Shown: piece after piece, positions 52,225 through 63,093 of the stretch
How the letters are laid out: each line of letters opens with the position of its first letter
Numbering within the stretch: the first letter of the stretch is position 1
Source: a virus
Direction: 5' to 3' (one strand)
DNA length: 64,000 nucleotides
Virus record (IMG/VR): IMGVR_UViG_3300045988_176106
Program-made: the position numbers and the translations under genes
Notes under the pieces: generated by a model
What the model was told of the DNA's origin: nothing
The model's input: only the letters and a program-made list of their open reading frames with translations
Databases searched by the model: none

Positions 52225-53506
52225 TGATAACCCAAAAAGTTCATTAAGATATCCTTCACTCTCATTAAACCTAAAGGTTGTATTTGATAATTACAGAGTT
52301 AGAACTTTTAAAAGTTTATATAATAATAAAACAAACACTATTAAAGAGAAAACATTTAAAACTCAATACAGGGTTAAATTTGGCGATACGACATATAAGT
52401 TTGTAGATATATATTATATAAATAAAAAACATGTATTCAGAACAAAATCATTCCTGTCAGAATATATATCGTATTCATTATCTGAAAAAAGGATAAGATA
52501 TAAATCTGGATATCGTTTTAGTGTTGCGAGTAAAAGAGAGCATACGCTTACATTTAGAAGTATATTTAAAGTTAAATTTGGACATGTTAAACGTACAATA
52601 AAATTTAAATCTAGATATAAAAATGATAATGTGAATGGTAGAGTTTATAGATTTAAATATTACGACTACTACAGTTATCAAAAAACTAAAAAATCTGAAT
52701 TTAAGTATATAGGAAGTTATATATCAACACATGTAAAAGATGCTCAATATAGGTTTACTTCTGAATACAGAAATGATGACTCATTCCTATTAAATATAAG
52801 CGAGGGATATACAGTAGATGCATCAGGCGGTAAAATAATAATAGATCCAGAAATCTTAAAGCTTAATATTGCAAAAGATAAGATACGTGTATTCTTTAAT
52901 ATGCCGCCATTATTTATAAACTACTGTTTTACTATGGATTCTCAATTTGCACCTATAGCAGTAGAAGATTCAAAATATGTTATAAATATATCAAACATAT
53001 TATCAAGAGCATCTGTAGATATATCAGATTTACTACCATATATCTCTTTATCTATATATAGACATAATACAGAAAAAGTAGATACAAGAGTTATAAGGGC
53101 GGGCAATATATTTGTATCTGAAAATGTGTACGACCATAATGTATTCTCAAATCTATTATATAAGCGAATAGATGTAAGAGACGAATCAATACATATAGGT
53201 AAATCTTCTATTGTTCCATCAGATTCTCAATTATGGAATATTAAAATCAGAAATAATGGAGAATGCTGTCTTAATAGAGTTATCAAAATTAAATCTGGTA
53301 AAGTATCTTGTTATATTCCTAATATTACTATTAGACATAATGTTAATAAGATGTATGAAGATACAACTCAGCAATCTGAATTTGTAGCTAATGGATTTAG
53401 ACGTATCCCTTCGACATATGTAAGTAAAATGAAAATTTCTGAAATTATGGAAAAAGCTAAAAAATCCAAACTTGACGAATGGACAAGACCAGAACGTGAA
53501 TTTTAG
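52208..53506 (+). CDS. Structural-module protein with a very basic, aromatic repeat-rich N-terminal half
   Basis: 432 aa, repeated Y-[RK]-[FV]-K type strands in residues ~20-190. Confidence 0.8.
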   Translation: MYLKLDDNPKSSLRYPSLSLNLKVVFDNYRVRTFKSLYNNKTNTIKEKTFKTQYRVKFGDTTYKFVDIYYINKKHVFRTKSFLSEYISYSLSEKRIRYKSGYRFSVASKREHTLTFRSIFKVKFGHVKRTIKFKSRYKNDNVNGRVYRFKYYDYYSYQKTKKSEFKYIGSYISTHVKDAQYRFTSEYRNDDSFLLNISEGYTVDASGGKIIIDPEILKLNIAKDKIRVFFNMPPLFINYCFTMDSQFAPIAVEDSKYVINISNILSRASVDISDLLPYISLSIYRHNTEKVDTRVIRAGNIFVSENVYDHNVFSNLLYKRIDVRDESIHIGKSSIVPSDSQLWNIKIRNNGECCLNRVIKIKSGKVSCYIPNITIRHNVNKMYEDTTQQSEFVANGFRRIPSTYVSKMKISEIMEKAKKSKLDEWTRPEREF

Positions 53507-53517
53507 AGTGATATAAA

Positions 53518-55440
53518 ATGATTAAAGCACCAAATGGCGATATTTTAATTGATAAGAATATAACAGGAATTGAAAACCTGTTAGAACTTATAGTTGATGC
53601 AACAGGACTCCAAAAGGGAGATATAAGAATAGATGAATCTACTATTAGGGAAGTTTCTGAAAAAGACAGAAATACCGCTGTTGATGTTGAGATTACTAAA
53701 GGCGGCCACACAAATAGAGTGGTCGCCTATTATAATAGGGTATCACTAGCAGAAATAGGTAATGTCGAAGCAGAAAAAAATAACGCTGCCGTTTTAAATT
53801 ATATAGATGGAGAGAACGGCGACTTTAGTACAGCATTTAATGACAAAGCTATTAAGACTAAACTAAAGCAAACAGTGGCTGATAGAGTTAATATCCCTAG
53901 TGATGAAATAGTAGTTGAATCAATTGATTACAGCAAAAAATATGAAGGCTATACATCTGTAACATTTAAAATGAACGGAGATGATGCTAAAACTGTAAAG
54001 GATAATTTTACTGTTAAATCATGGTATGTTCCGCCAATATATACAATTAATGATGAAGATTTCGACAGGAAGCTTGGTACTCCAAATGATTTTTCAGACA
54101 GGGTATTTATAGAAGTAAAAAATGATAGAGATCTTTTATTGGATACGAGTAGACATGTGGCAAATGGACGTAGAAAAGCTAATAATCCATTATTTTTCCC
54201 TAAAGGCAATATAACAGATTTTGAATCGACAAATTACAGTTATGGGAATACTGATGATGAGCTTGTTGGGTACTTAGTTGATGCGTATCACACTAGAGAG
54301 ATACAGGATTCTGGTAATAATAAGTATGAGATAACCGAAGTCAAACAACTCGAAAATGGATTCTCTAAAGTATGGGTTGAAAATAAAAACAAAGACATAA
54401 TAGACCGTAATGGATTTTACAAAATAAGACAATTTGATCTTAATCGCCATGCACAATGGGCAATATTTAAAAATGAATTATCAGACACGGTAAAATATGT
54501 TCACGGAGTTATACAAGGATCCTGGAAATATAAAGAGTTTTATAGTGATGATAATAAAAGATATACTATATTTTATTCAACTAAGGAAGGATATTTGATA
54601 TATCCAATAGAAGACTTATTAAATAGCTTAGGCCTTAAATATGAAAGTCAATTAAGATATCTTAATCCCGATCCTAATGAAAGAGTAACACCACCTAGTG
54701 ACTTTAAAATCCCAGAACTCACAGACGATAAAAGAAAAGAGTTAGATAGATATTTTAAAATTAATAAAAAATATAAATCATTAGATATACAACTTTATGG
54801 CGAAGATAGTATTGGATTATTTAATCTTAAATATGGCCAAGTATTTAAATTTGAGAAAAAAGAAGTAGATAATAATTCTTATAATGAATCTGGGAGTCCT
54901 GCATATAAAATACGTGGAACTGCAAAAATACTACAGAGAGAATATGACTATAACCGCAATGACATCATAAATGATGAGAATAAAACGTATTATTCACACT
55001 CAAATTATGGAAGGATATATAAATATAACGGAGACGCTGTATATTTTGCAAAAATGACAGCAGGAACATCACATTCTGACGAAGAAATAAGAGAAGAAAA
55101 AGAACTCATAAAAAGAGAGATATTTAATAGGTACGGTTTGCCTTACAATAAGATAACTATAGATTGGGATAAAACTTTATCATCAAATTTCGATAAAATA
55201 TATTACAATGTAAAACAGGCTGTATCATGTAAAGAAACTTCCGAAAAATTAATACCTGTTTATAAACGTATAACTCCTGAATTCACAGGACGCCCAGCAA
55301 TAAGTGCTGACATAAGATATATAAATAGACAAGAATTAAAATATACAGTAAGTAATAAGTACCCTCTTGAAAGAGAAGTTCGTAAACTTCCAGAAGATAA
55401 AAACTCTGTAGAAGAATATTATTATTTCTCAGGCGGTTAG
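53518..55440 (+). CDS. Structural-module protein
   Basis: 640 aa. Confidence 0.8.
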   Translation: MIKAPNGDILIDKNITGIENLLELIVDATGLQKGDIRIDESTIREVSEKDRNTAVDVEITKGGHTNRVVAYYNRVSLAEIGNVEAEKNNAAVLNYIDGENGDFSTAFNDKAIKTKLKQTVADRVNIPSDEIVVESIDYSKKYEGYTSVTFKMNGDDAKTVKDNFTVKSWYVPPIYTINDEDFDRKLGTPNDFSDRVFIEVKNDRDLLLDTSRHVANGRRKANNPLFFPKGNITDFESTNYSYGNTDDELVGYLVDAYHTREIQDSGNNKYEITEVKQLENGFSKVWVENKNKDIIDRNGFYKIRQFDLNRHAQWAIFKNELSDTVKYVHGVIQGSWKYKEFYSDDNKRYTIFYSTKEGYLIYPIEDLLNSLGLKYESQLRYLNPDPNERVTPPSDFKIPELTDDKRKELDRYFKINKKYKSLDIQLYGEDSIGLFNLKYGQVFKFEKKEVDNNSYNESGSPAYKIRGTAKILQREYDYNRNDIINDENKTYYSHSNYGRIYKYNGDAVYFAKMTAGTSHSDEEIREEKELIKREIFNRYGLPYNKITIDWDKTLSSNFDKIYYNVKQAVSCKETSEKLIPVYKRITPEFTGRPAISADIRYINRQELKYTVSNKYPLEREVRKLPEDKNSVEEYYYFSGG

Positions 55441-55442
55441 AC

Positions 55443-56768
55443 ATGGAAACACTTTTAAGTAGAAATACTGATACTAAAAACAATCTAAAAAAACAGATTG
55501 CAGATATGAAAGCAGTTCCAGAATCATATATAGAAATATTAGGCATAGAAGAAGACAAAAATGGTGAATATGGATCAATTAATGTTAAATATTCGTATGC
55601 TGGCGAGGAACATACTGTATCTGTATTAAGATCAATTTTAAACACAATTTCTATATATAGTCCTTCAAGAGGAAGGACATATGACCAGGAATACAGTATA
55701 TTTTCTGATATGGATCTAAATAGTTGGACAAAAGATAAACATCTTAAACTTGTATGTGACCAGCTAGATATACCAAGTAGTGAGGTACACCTAGAAGATA
55801 TATCCATAAGTTTTAATTATTATAATGATATAGTAGTTGGTGCAATTATAGCCGCAAATGAAAATTCTCAATATACGTGCGGCGAATTATATACTAGAAC
55901 AGTATACTATGCTCAGAATTATATTAATGCATATACAGATAATATAAAAGAGTTATCACCAAAAACATTTAGGCATGATTATGTTGAGGAGTATATAAGA
56001 CTGTATAATGATTACCCTGGAGACATCCCATCTGATAAATTATTAGAGTTAGAAAATAAAAAAATACAAGAAGCTGGTAGAGAATCGTTTTTTGTAAAAA
56101 CTCCAGGATATACATATAATCTAATGGAAACATATTATAAGGATGATTTAGCTATACATACTGGAGCTATATTAGAAAAATATTTATTGGGGACACCTAG
56201 CGGCAGGAATATTTATAGCACAAGCATAGCATATTCATGGGGGGAATATAAATGGGGCGTAGAACACTGTCTTATTGCTGGATTAAGAACAGATGGTGGA
56301 AATGATAATATATTCGGAATGTTTTCTACAAGAAAATTTAATATTACAAGAGATTTGGTTCAGGTTATGCCAAAAAGAGGGTATATCAGAAATAGTACAA
56401 CAAACAAATCTATATATCTTTCAAAAAGTAATAACTCTAATTATTATATAGAATCTATAAAGCATATTGAGGGATCAAAGTTTAAGCTTAGATCAGACCC
56501 GCATTCTGGTACTGTTATATACTATTCTGGAATAAAGTTAAAAGATTCATATAACGATAATGAACTTGAGGAAGTTAGAAATTCTATTATAATGGGAATA
56601 GAAGACCAACTATATAATGTGTATAATCTTCCAAGATCAATTGTTAGACTTGTATTCACGAGTCAGATTAAACTTAAATATAATGATAGTGTATCATTAG
56701 ATGTAAGTTATAGTGATACAATGATGAAATCTGGAATATTTACTATTAAAATAGTATATGAGAAATAA
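55443..56768 (+). CDS. Structural-module protein
   Basis: 441 aa. Confidence 0.8.
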   Translation: METLLSRNTDTKNNLKKQIADMKAVPESYIEILGIEEDKNGEYGSINVKYSYAGEEHTVSVLRSILNTISIYSPSRGRTYDQEYSIFSDMDLNSWTKDKHLKLVCDQLDIPSSEVHLEDISISFNYYNDIVVGAIIAANENSQYTCGELYTRTVYYAQNYINAYTDNIKELSPKTFRHDYVEEYIRLYNDYPGDIPSDKLLELENKKIQEAGRESFFVKTPGYTYNLMETYYKDDLAIHTGAILEKYLLGTPSGRNIYSTSIAYSWGEYKWGVEHCLIAGLRTDGGNDNIFGMFSTRKFNITRDLVQVMPKRGYIRNSTTNKSIYLSKSNNSNYYIESIKHIEGSKFKLRSDPHSGTVIYYSGIKLKDSYNDNELEEVRNSIIMGIEDQLYNVYNLPRSIVRLVFTSQIKLKYNDSVSLDVSYSDTMMKSGIFTIKIVYEK

Positions 56769-56770
56769 AA

Positions 56771-57442
56771 ATGAATAATAGAATGCTTATAAACTCTATA
56801 TCAATAGGATTTAAAGACGAGACAAAAACAACGCTTACAGGTGTTGTTTTTGATTTTGATCTTAATCCATTTTATGCATCAATAAGAGATATAGAAATAT
56901 CTTTTCCAACTGAAATATCATTTTCGGAGGATTTTATAGTTCGTTTAAATGAAATGATATTCAGAAAGTCTGTATGGATAAGTAATTACATAAAAAGAAA
57001 AAATCTCAAATTGACATACGAAGAGATATATGCGATATGTAGAGACTATGTTATATGTGCTATAGTTTCTGATGTTGCAAATCTTTTATATGGAACATCA
57101 TCTAAGAATGAATCAGTTAAAAAGATTCTTGGCGATTTTACTGTAGAAAGAACTAAATCATCTAATTCTGGTAATAATAATTCTAAGATAGCCGATGAGG
57201 CTAAGGAATGTGCCGAGTCTATATTAGCATTAATAGACGATATGTCCAGAGTTAAGGCTATGGGATTTGTAAAAGGTGAAAATAACTGTGGAAATAAATC
57301 TAGTAATAGATTATGGCATAGTCCTAAATTTCTTAGCAAAATGCCTATAGGGGCAAATAAGATATTAGAGTCTGACGGAAAACTATATAAGACTGGATAC
57401 GGATATGGCAACGAATCAGAGCCCCTTTATACAAGAAATTGA
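56771..57442 (+). CDS. Structural-module protein
   Basis: 223 aa. Confidence 0.8.
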   Translation: MNNRMLINSISIGFKDETKTTLTGVVFDFDLNPFYASIRDIEISFPTEISFSEDFIVRLNEMIFRKSVWISNYIKRKNLKLTYEEIYAICRDYVICAIVSDVANLLYGTSSKNESVKKILGDFTVERTKSSNSGNNNSKIADEAKECAESILALIDDMSRVKAMGFVKGENNCGNKSSNRLWHSPKFLSKMPIGANKILESDGKLYKTGYGYGNESEPLYTRN

Positions 57443-57926
57443 TCTAAGACATGAATTCCAGATGCTGTTTTCTGGAGGAGAGTTCGTAAAAAAGGGTGAG
57501 ACTTACATATATAGAAAAGTAAGAATCAAAGATGGCTCAAAAGAGAAATGTTCATGTTGGAATAATATATCAAATGAGGGCAGATCTGACTGTCCTCATT
57601 GTGATGGGATAGGATATCTATGGGATGATGTATTGCTTAAGGGTCATATGTGGATGCCTAGAAATACACTAATGCCGGGAGAAAACTCTTATAAATCTTA
57701 CGGAGGTAAGGCCGGCAGACTCAACAACTCTGAATGGTTATTGGCAACATCTTATTCTTTAGACTTTTCTGATAGAGATATAATATACCGCCCAGAAGTA
57801 GATGATAGTGGAAAAGTAATACTTCCAATAAAATCAAAAAAGACATATTATATAACATCTGTATATAGATATGGTTTCGATTTTGATAGGGAAGATTTTA
57901 CAGTCTTAGGGTTATCAGAAGTATGA
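57405..57926 (+). CDS. Neck/tail-module protein with a DnaJ-type CxxCxGxG zinc finger
   Basis: 173 aa, CSCWN...(x11)...CPHCDGIGY. Confidence 0.75.
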   Translation: MATNQSPFIQEIDLRHEFQMLFSGGEFVKKGETYIYRKVRIKDGSKEKCSCWNNISNEGRSDCPHCDGIGYLWDDVLLKGHMWMPRNTLMPGENSYKSYGGKAGRLNNSEWLLATSYSLDFSDRDIIYRPEVDDSGKVILPIKSKKTYYITSVYRYGFDFDREDFTVLGLSEV

Positions 57927-58681
57927 CAATACAAGTAAACAATGAAAATGATTACGCACTAGATCGTCTCCATAGAATGTCTATTGATAATAGCTTTGTT
58001 GTTACAAACCCAGACGAAGTTTTAAAGAATTATAGGAAATTGACGATTGACAAATTCATAGTATTCCTGTATTCTTTACTAAGCAATAAAGAGATGATTT
58101 TAGAAAACCCTGAAAAGGGTATTGGGCCAAAAGATAGAAATAAATTCTCATTTACAGAGATTTATCCAGATTACGGCGATGTAACTAACACTCATAACAA
58201 TGTTACTTTTGAAATATGGAGCAGAGCTCCGGCAACATTAAAAGCTACAGCAGTATCAACAAATTCCACTAAATGGAATAAGCCAAGGACATTATTTGAA
58301 AAGAAAATGTCAGATGGAGATACATATGAGTTTAAAGAATTTATATATGAAAATATATTAAAATTTACAGTTTGGTCAGAAAAAGCAGATGATGCTAGAA
58401 GATTAGCAACATCATTAGAAAACTTTTTTGCCGATAATTATCATGTATTAAGGATGCATGTAGGCGGACTATATTATGAGGGCAGAAGCCCAACAATATT
58501 ATCCTCAGACTTTGGTTCAAAAAGATTATTCGGAATACCCTTGGTTTATAAAGTAATAACTGAGGAACCTGGATATACACGACGTGGAAATATAGTATCT
58601 ATCGATACTTCATTACAAATAGTTGACTCTTTATTAAACGAAGAGCTCGAAGAACTACAAAAAAGAATAAATAAAAATTAA
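57923..58681 (+). CDS. Tail-module protein immediately upstream of the sheath gene
   Basis: 252 aa, ATGA overlap. Confidence 0.8.
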   Translation: MTIQVNNENDYALDRLHRMSIDNSFVVTNPDEVLKNYRKLTIDKFIVFLYSLLSNKEMILENPEKGIGPKDRNKFSFTEIYPDYGDVTNTHNNVTFEIWSRAPATLKATAVSTNSTKWNKPRTLFEKKMSDGDTYEFKEFIYENILKFTVWSEKADDARRLATSLENFFADNYHVLRMHVGGLYYEGRSPTILSSDFGSKRLFGIPLVYKVITEEPGYTRRGNIVSIDTSLQIVDSLLNEELEELQKRINKN

Positions 58682-58696
58682 TGGAGCATAATATTT

Positions 58697-60943
58697 ATGG
58701 CTACATATGAAAATCTACCAGGCGTAAATCTGGAGCTTTTAGACGGTAATTTAAGAGTAGACGCTACATCAGATGCCAATCGTGTCTTAATTATCGGTCG
58801 TGCTGAAACAGGTACATCTGGAAGAATATATAATGTTGGTGACACCAACAAGGCTGCTAATACATTTGGCCCAGAATCTCCTCTGATCAGGAAGATGTCT
58901 GAGGCTCGCTTAGGTGGTGCAACAGAAGTATCTCTATATCGTATTGGTGGATCTCCAGCATCATTAAATGGTCTATGGGGTGAAGGTTCTCAACTTGCAA
59001 CAGTAGAAGAATCTGTTGTAGCTGGTGACAGCTTCCGTATTTATTGCGGTCCTCGTCCTAGCAACGATGGTAAATCATGCTTGATCGTATTCAAGGGTAA
59101 AAATATTGTTTACTCTAACGTTCCTGGTTCTGAAATTGACCTTAACCAAGTAACAGTTACAGGGTTTGATGAAACAACAGGTGTTGTAATCGGTACTCCT
59201 ACTGAACCTGTTCTGATGTCAAACATTATCCCAGTAACCAAAAAAGGTGAATCAAATCACATTAGCAATGGCGTTAATACAGAATTTAGACTTATTGGTA
59301 CAACAAAAACTGATAACGTTACAAATGTTGTTGTTAAAGTTAATGAAGAAGAGAAAACATCTGGTACAGATTACACTCTAACAAAAGACACTTTAAATAA
59401 CTACTGGAAAATAAAATTCAATTCTGCACAAGATGCACGTGCAAAAATTAATGTAACATATGACTATATCGCTACTGGTAATGAAGCTGGTGCAGCTGTA
59501 TTCAGCGGCGACGGCGCTAAAACTAAATTTGTTTTAGCAGGCACTCATCCTAGCAGCAATGTTACCGTTGACCGTGTTGTAGTTGCTGGTGTAGATAAAA
59601 CATCTGAAGCCACAGTTGAAGACAGCGACGATAATCTAAGCAAAGCGCTTGTACTGCAAACTGCTCCAGGCGATCAAGAAGCAATTGCTGTTGACTACAC
59701 TATTGCTAAAACAGGATCTTCAGTTCCTGGTACATTTAAAGAAGGTAAAGACAGCCTGAACTGTACATGGAAAGAATACTACGAGATTCTTTACGCTGGG
59801 CTTAAAGATCTTGAAACAGTAAATGCAATGTCTGTTGTTACAGACTACGCTATCGTTGATGCACCAAATATTGCATCTGGTTCTACTGCCAAAGACAGAC
59901 TGGAATATGTATATGTTTCAGAAGAAGATGGCGAATACAAATTCGAATGGTCTACATCTAAAGTTGTATATCGTAAAGGCAGTGGTACCACATTGAACTC
60001 CTCTGAGGCAGATATTAACGGTAACGGACAACCTATCGTTTACAGACGTTATCATGAGGCTGATTTTGCACACTTGCTGGCAGAATTCGCATACAATATC
60101 TCTGAAAATGAACAATTTACACTTGTAACAATTGGTACATCAGTTCCTCAAACTACATCTACATTTGCAGTTAACAAATGGGTTGGATCTGCTCCTACCT
60201 ATGATGCCGCTGGTAATATCATCACTAACGGTACTGGTCTGCTTGGTGTTCGCCATATGGTAGAACGTGCTGACCAAGCTCAAGGTTACTACAAAACTTC
60301 ATCTGGCTTCGTTGACGGTGTTGTTCAAGTAGATAGTAATGGCGCCAACATTGACATTGGTAAATACTTATCAGTTGTTCCACAATTAGTTATTACTCCA
60401 GCTAGCTCATCTACTGGTACATCAACCAGAATCACAAATGCTGCAGCTATCTATGCTGGTCTATTAACAACAATTGTAGCTGGTAACTCTACTACAAATG
60501 CTCCTCTGCCAAGATTGAGCCTGCCATTTGAGATGAAGAAAACCAAATTGAACCAACTGTCTAGCGCCGGTTATGTAACATTCCAAACTAAGAATAACAC
60601 TGTTCGCGTAGTGTCTGGTGAATTGGCTACTAACATAAATTCAGACTATGATTATGTTTCTACATCAATCATCATCAACTCTGTTATTACTGGTATTCGT
60701 AACGTATGTATTCCTTACATTGGTAAGGGTCTAACAGAGGCAACTAAAGTTGCTCTTGATACAGCTATCGAATCTGTACTTGACCAAGCAGTTGCTGCAG
60801 ATGCAGTAGTTAAATATGCTCACGTTGTTAACCAACCTACTGTTATCAACGGAAAAGGTACTTTAAACGTAGCGTTAACAATCGTTCCAGCCTTCGAGCT
60901 TCGTGAAGTTAACGTAGCAGTTAAATTAGCTTTAGATCTTTAA
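58697..60943 (+). CDS. Tail sheath protein
   Basis: 748 aa. N-terminus YENLPGVNLELLDG...RVLIIGRAETG...FGPESPL...LYRIGG and C-terminus GYVTFQTKNNTVRVVSGELAT are sheath-like. The tube gene follows. Confidence 0.8.
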   Translation: MATYENLPGVNLELLDGNLRVDATSDANRVLIIGRAETGTSGRIYNVGDTNKAANTFGPESPLIRKMSEARLGGATEVSLYRIGGSPASLNGLWGEGSQLATVEESVVAGDSFRIYCGPRPSNDGKSCLIVFKGKNIVYSNVPGSEIDLNQVTVTGFDETTGVVIGTPTEPVLMSNIIPVTKKGESNHISNGVNTEFRLIGTTKTDNVTNVVVKVNEEEKTSGTDYTLTKDTLNNYWKIKFNSAQDARAKINVTYDYIATGNEAGAAVFSGDGAKTKFVLAGTHPSSNVTVDRVVVAGVDKTSEATVEDSDDNLSKALVLQTAPGDQEAIAVDYTIAKTGSSVPGTFKEGKDSLNCTWKEYYEILYAGLKDLETVNAMSVVTDYAIVDAPNIASGSTAKDRLEYVYVSEEDGEYKFEWSTSKVVYRKGSGTTLNSSEADINGNGQPIVYRRYHEADFAHLLAEFAYNISENEQFTLVTIGTSVPQTTSTFAVNKWVGSAPTYDAAGNIITNGTGLLGVRHMVERADQAQGYYKTSSGFVDGVVQVDSNGANIDIGKYLSVVPQLVITPASSSTGTSTRITNAAAIYAGLLTTIVAGNSTTNAPLPRLSLPFEMKKTKLNQLSSAGYVTFQTKNNTVRVVSGELATNINSDYDYVSTSIIINSVITGIRNVCIPYIGKGLTEATKVALDTAIESVLDQAVAADAVVKYAHVVNQPTVINGKGTLNVALTIVPAFELREVNVAVKLALDL

Positions 60944-60952
60944 TAAAGAATA

Positions 60953-60971
60953 GGAGAGGGTAATCCTCTCC
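60953..60971 (+). terminator. Hairpin after the sheath gene (weak U-run, possible attenuator)
   Basis: GGAGAGG-gtaat-CCTCTCC. Confidence 0.45.
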
Positions 60972-60991
60972 TTAACAATCAGGATAAAATT

Positions 60992-61666
60992 ATGTCAGAA
61001 TTTAAGGAATACCACAGCTTTGGTGGTGTAGATATCACACCTGTATTCGGTAGCAAAGTATTCGGCGAAATGTCAATGGTTTCTTACCGTGTAGACAGAG
61101 AGAAAGCCCCTGTATTTACAATGGGTTCTCCTGATGCCAAAGCAATTGCACGTGGTAAACGTTATGTTTCTGGAGCTTGTGTCTTCACTGTATTCGACCG
61201 TGACTCTCTGCTTGAAGCGATGGATGAACAAGATAATACAACCGTTTATCTAAGCAAACATGAGTCTGCAAACTACCAACGTGGTGGTATTTACAGTCAA
61301 ATTAATGGTGGTAAATATCAGGACGGTTATGCATCTACTGCTGCTTCTGCTGCAACTAGATCAGGCGGTACAGTTGCTGCTGACTACAACTTCACTGCAA
61401 ACAGTCTTACTTCTAATACAAACATCAATAACGCATTGCGTACCAAAACGAAAGCTAACCTTGCCGACCAAGTATTGGCATTTGATATTAGCCTTGTTGC
61501 TACAAATGAATATGGTCATACATCTAAGATGGTAATCTACGGTGTAGAGCTTATGAGTGAAGCTGGTGGTGTGTCTGTTGATGACCTTGTTCTAGAAAAA
61601 CAAATGTCATTTATTGCTAAACGTGTTTCTAACTGGATGGCAATTGACAGCTATAATAGCAAATAA
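60992..61666 (+). CDS. Tail tube protein
   Basis: 224 aa, directly after the sheath gene, G+C-richer. Its N-terminal 90 aa are paralogous to the next ORF. Confidence 0.7.
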   Translation: MSEFKEYHSFGGVDITPVFGSKVFGEMSMVSYRVDREKAPVFTMGSPDAKAIARGKRYVSGACVFTVFDRDSLLEAMDEQDNTTVYLSKHESANYQRGGIYSQINGGKYQDGYASTAASAATRSGGTVAADYNFTANSLTSNTNINNALRTKTKANLADQVLAFDISLVATNEYGHTSKMVIYGVELMSEAGGVSVDDLVLEKQMSFIAKRVSNWMAIDSYNSK

Positions 61667-61693
61667 TAATTACTAATCCTTTCGGAGCCACAT

Positions 61694-63085
61694 ATGTCAT
61701 ACGACAATATACGAAAGGGAGAGTATCATTCAGTGGGTGGCGATGCCACCCACATTATTTTTAACTTTCCTGGATACGGCGCACTGTATATGGGAAGTTT
61801 GATATCTCTCTCATATCAGACATACAGGGATAAAGTACCTGTCTACAATCTAGGAAATACTAATATTGATGGGTTTGCTATTGGGAAGAGATATGTAGCT
61901 GGCTCTATTATAAAAGCAATGTTTCTAAATGATGACCTTAGGGCATTCTTAAATGAAGTATCAAAAGATATAGGTCTAAATAAAGATATAGATTCTATAT
62001 ATCAATTAAAATATGAAAATTCTAAAACATATCATCATCTTATGATGGATGATATATTGCCATTCGATATAATAATAGTATTAAGCTCTGAGTACGGAAA
62101 TTTTTCAGTATCAGAAGTAATATATGGCGCAACACTTATAAATTCTGGTCAAGTACATTCTATACAAGACCTTATTGTTGAGAACACAATATCATTTGTA
62201 GCTCGTGATGCTAGACAGACTCTTGAAAGTTTGAATTCTACAAAGTACAATATAACTACAGGTGGTGCAGGAACAAAGGCATCTGAACTCTCAGATACAT
62301 CTAATACAAAATACAAATCAGATAAATCAAATAGTAATCCAGATCAAGAATGGTTTAAAGATGCTTTAGAGAAATATAAGTATCAGGCAAATCTTGATGG
62401 ACAACTTACTGCAGATGAGCAGAAAGTTATATCAACATTATCCCAATTGGCAGGATTAGGAGAAGATCCTAATTATAATTGGGAATCTTTACCGGCTGAA
62501 TATAAAATATATAAAAATGACCCATATACAAATGGCGGCACTAAAAAATATGTATATCCAAAATCTCAAGATATAGATTCATCATCTCTTACTGCACTAG
62601 ATAAAGGCGATAAATTTATAGTTGACGATGGTGATACATTAGTGTGGACAGGGGGTGTAAAAACATCTACGGGAAGTGACTATAGTGGTAAATTTACTAT
62701 ACGTCTCTTAGGAATAGATACTCCTGAAACAGAACATAAGGACCTGAAGCCACAAGAGTATGGATATAAAGCATCAGATTTTATGAAAGAGTATGTCAAA
62801 TCTGGCAAATGGGATCAGGATGTAAGAGATGGTGTAGTTAAAATTGCTGGCACAGATGTTTATGGCCGTACACTAGTGTATAATTATAATTATGTACTAG
62901 CAGCTGTATCTGCTGGCACTGCACATTATATGGACGGCGGTGTCAAACAAATAGGCGAATCAGAGGATAGAAGAGCCAAGCTCAATGAAGCCGCATTGGA
63001 AGCTAAAAGAGAAAAACGTGGGTTATGGGGAACTGGCAATACAGTAATAATGCCGTCTGTTTGGCGTAAAAATAATAAGAAATAG
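61694..63085 (+). CDS. Tail-tube-fold paralog fused to a staphylococcal (micrococcal) nuclease domain
   Basis: 463 aa. The N-terminus EYHSVGG...ISLSYQTYRDKVPVYNLG...AIGKRYVAGS aligns with the tube protein EYHSFGG...MVSYRVDREKAPVFTMG...ARGKRYVSGA. The C-terminus (~62596-63040) has DGDT...IRLLGIDTPE...YGYKASDF...DVYGRTLVY...EAKREKRGLW, i.e. the SNase blocks. Confidence 0.85.
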   Translation: MSYDNIRKGEYHSVGGDATHIIFNFPGYGALYMGSLISLSYQTYRDKVPVYNLGNTNIDGFAIGKRYVAGSIIKAMFLNDDLRAFLNEVSKDIGLNKDIDSIYQLKYENSKTYHHLMMDDILPFDIIIVLSSEYGNFSVSEVIYGATLINSGQVHSIQDLIVENTISFVARDARQTLESLNSTKYNITTGGAGTKASELSDTSNTKYKSDKSNSNPDQEWFKDALEKYKYQANLDGQLTADEQKVISTLSQLAGLGEDPNYNWESLPAEYKIYKNDPYTNGGTKKYVYPKSQDIDSSSLTALDKGDKFIVDDGDTLVWTGGVKTSTGSDYSGKFTIRLLGIDTPETEHKDLKPQEYGYKASDFMKEYVKSGKWDQDVRDGVVKIAGTDVYGRTLVYNYNYVLAAVSAGTAHYMDGGVKQIGESEDRRAKLNEAALEAKREKRGLWGTGNTVIMPSVWRKNNKK

Positions 63086-63093
63086 GATAGTGA

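Noticed and set aside
55283-55807. 174-aa minus-strand ORF in the late block (and similar antisense ORFs at 34279..34758, 57046..57411, 46481..46795)
   Set aside because: They are antisense to long, contiguous, translationally coupled plus-strand structural genes. The translations are Leu/Ser/Ile-rich, as is typical of AT-rich shadow frames.
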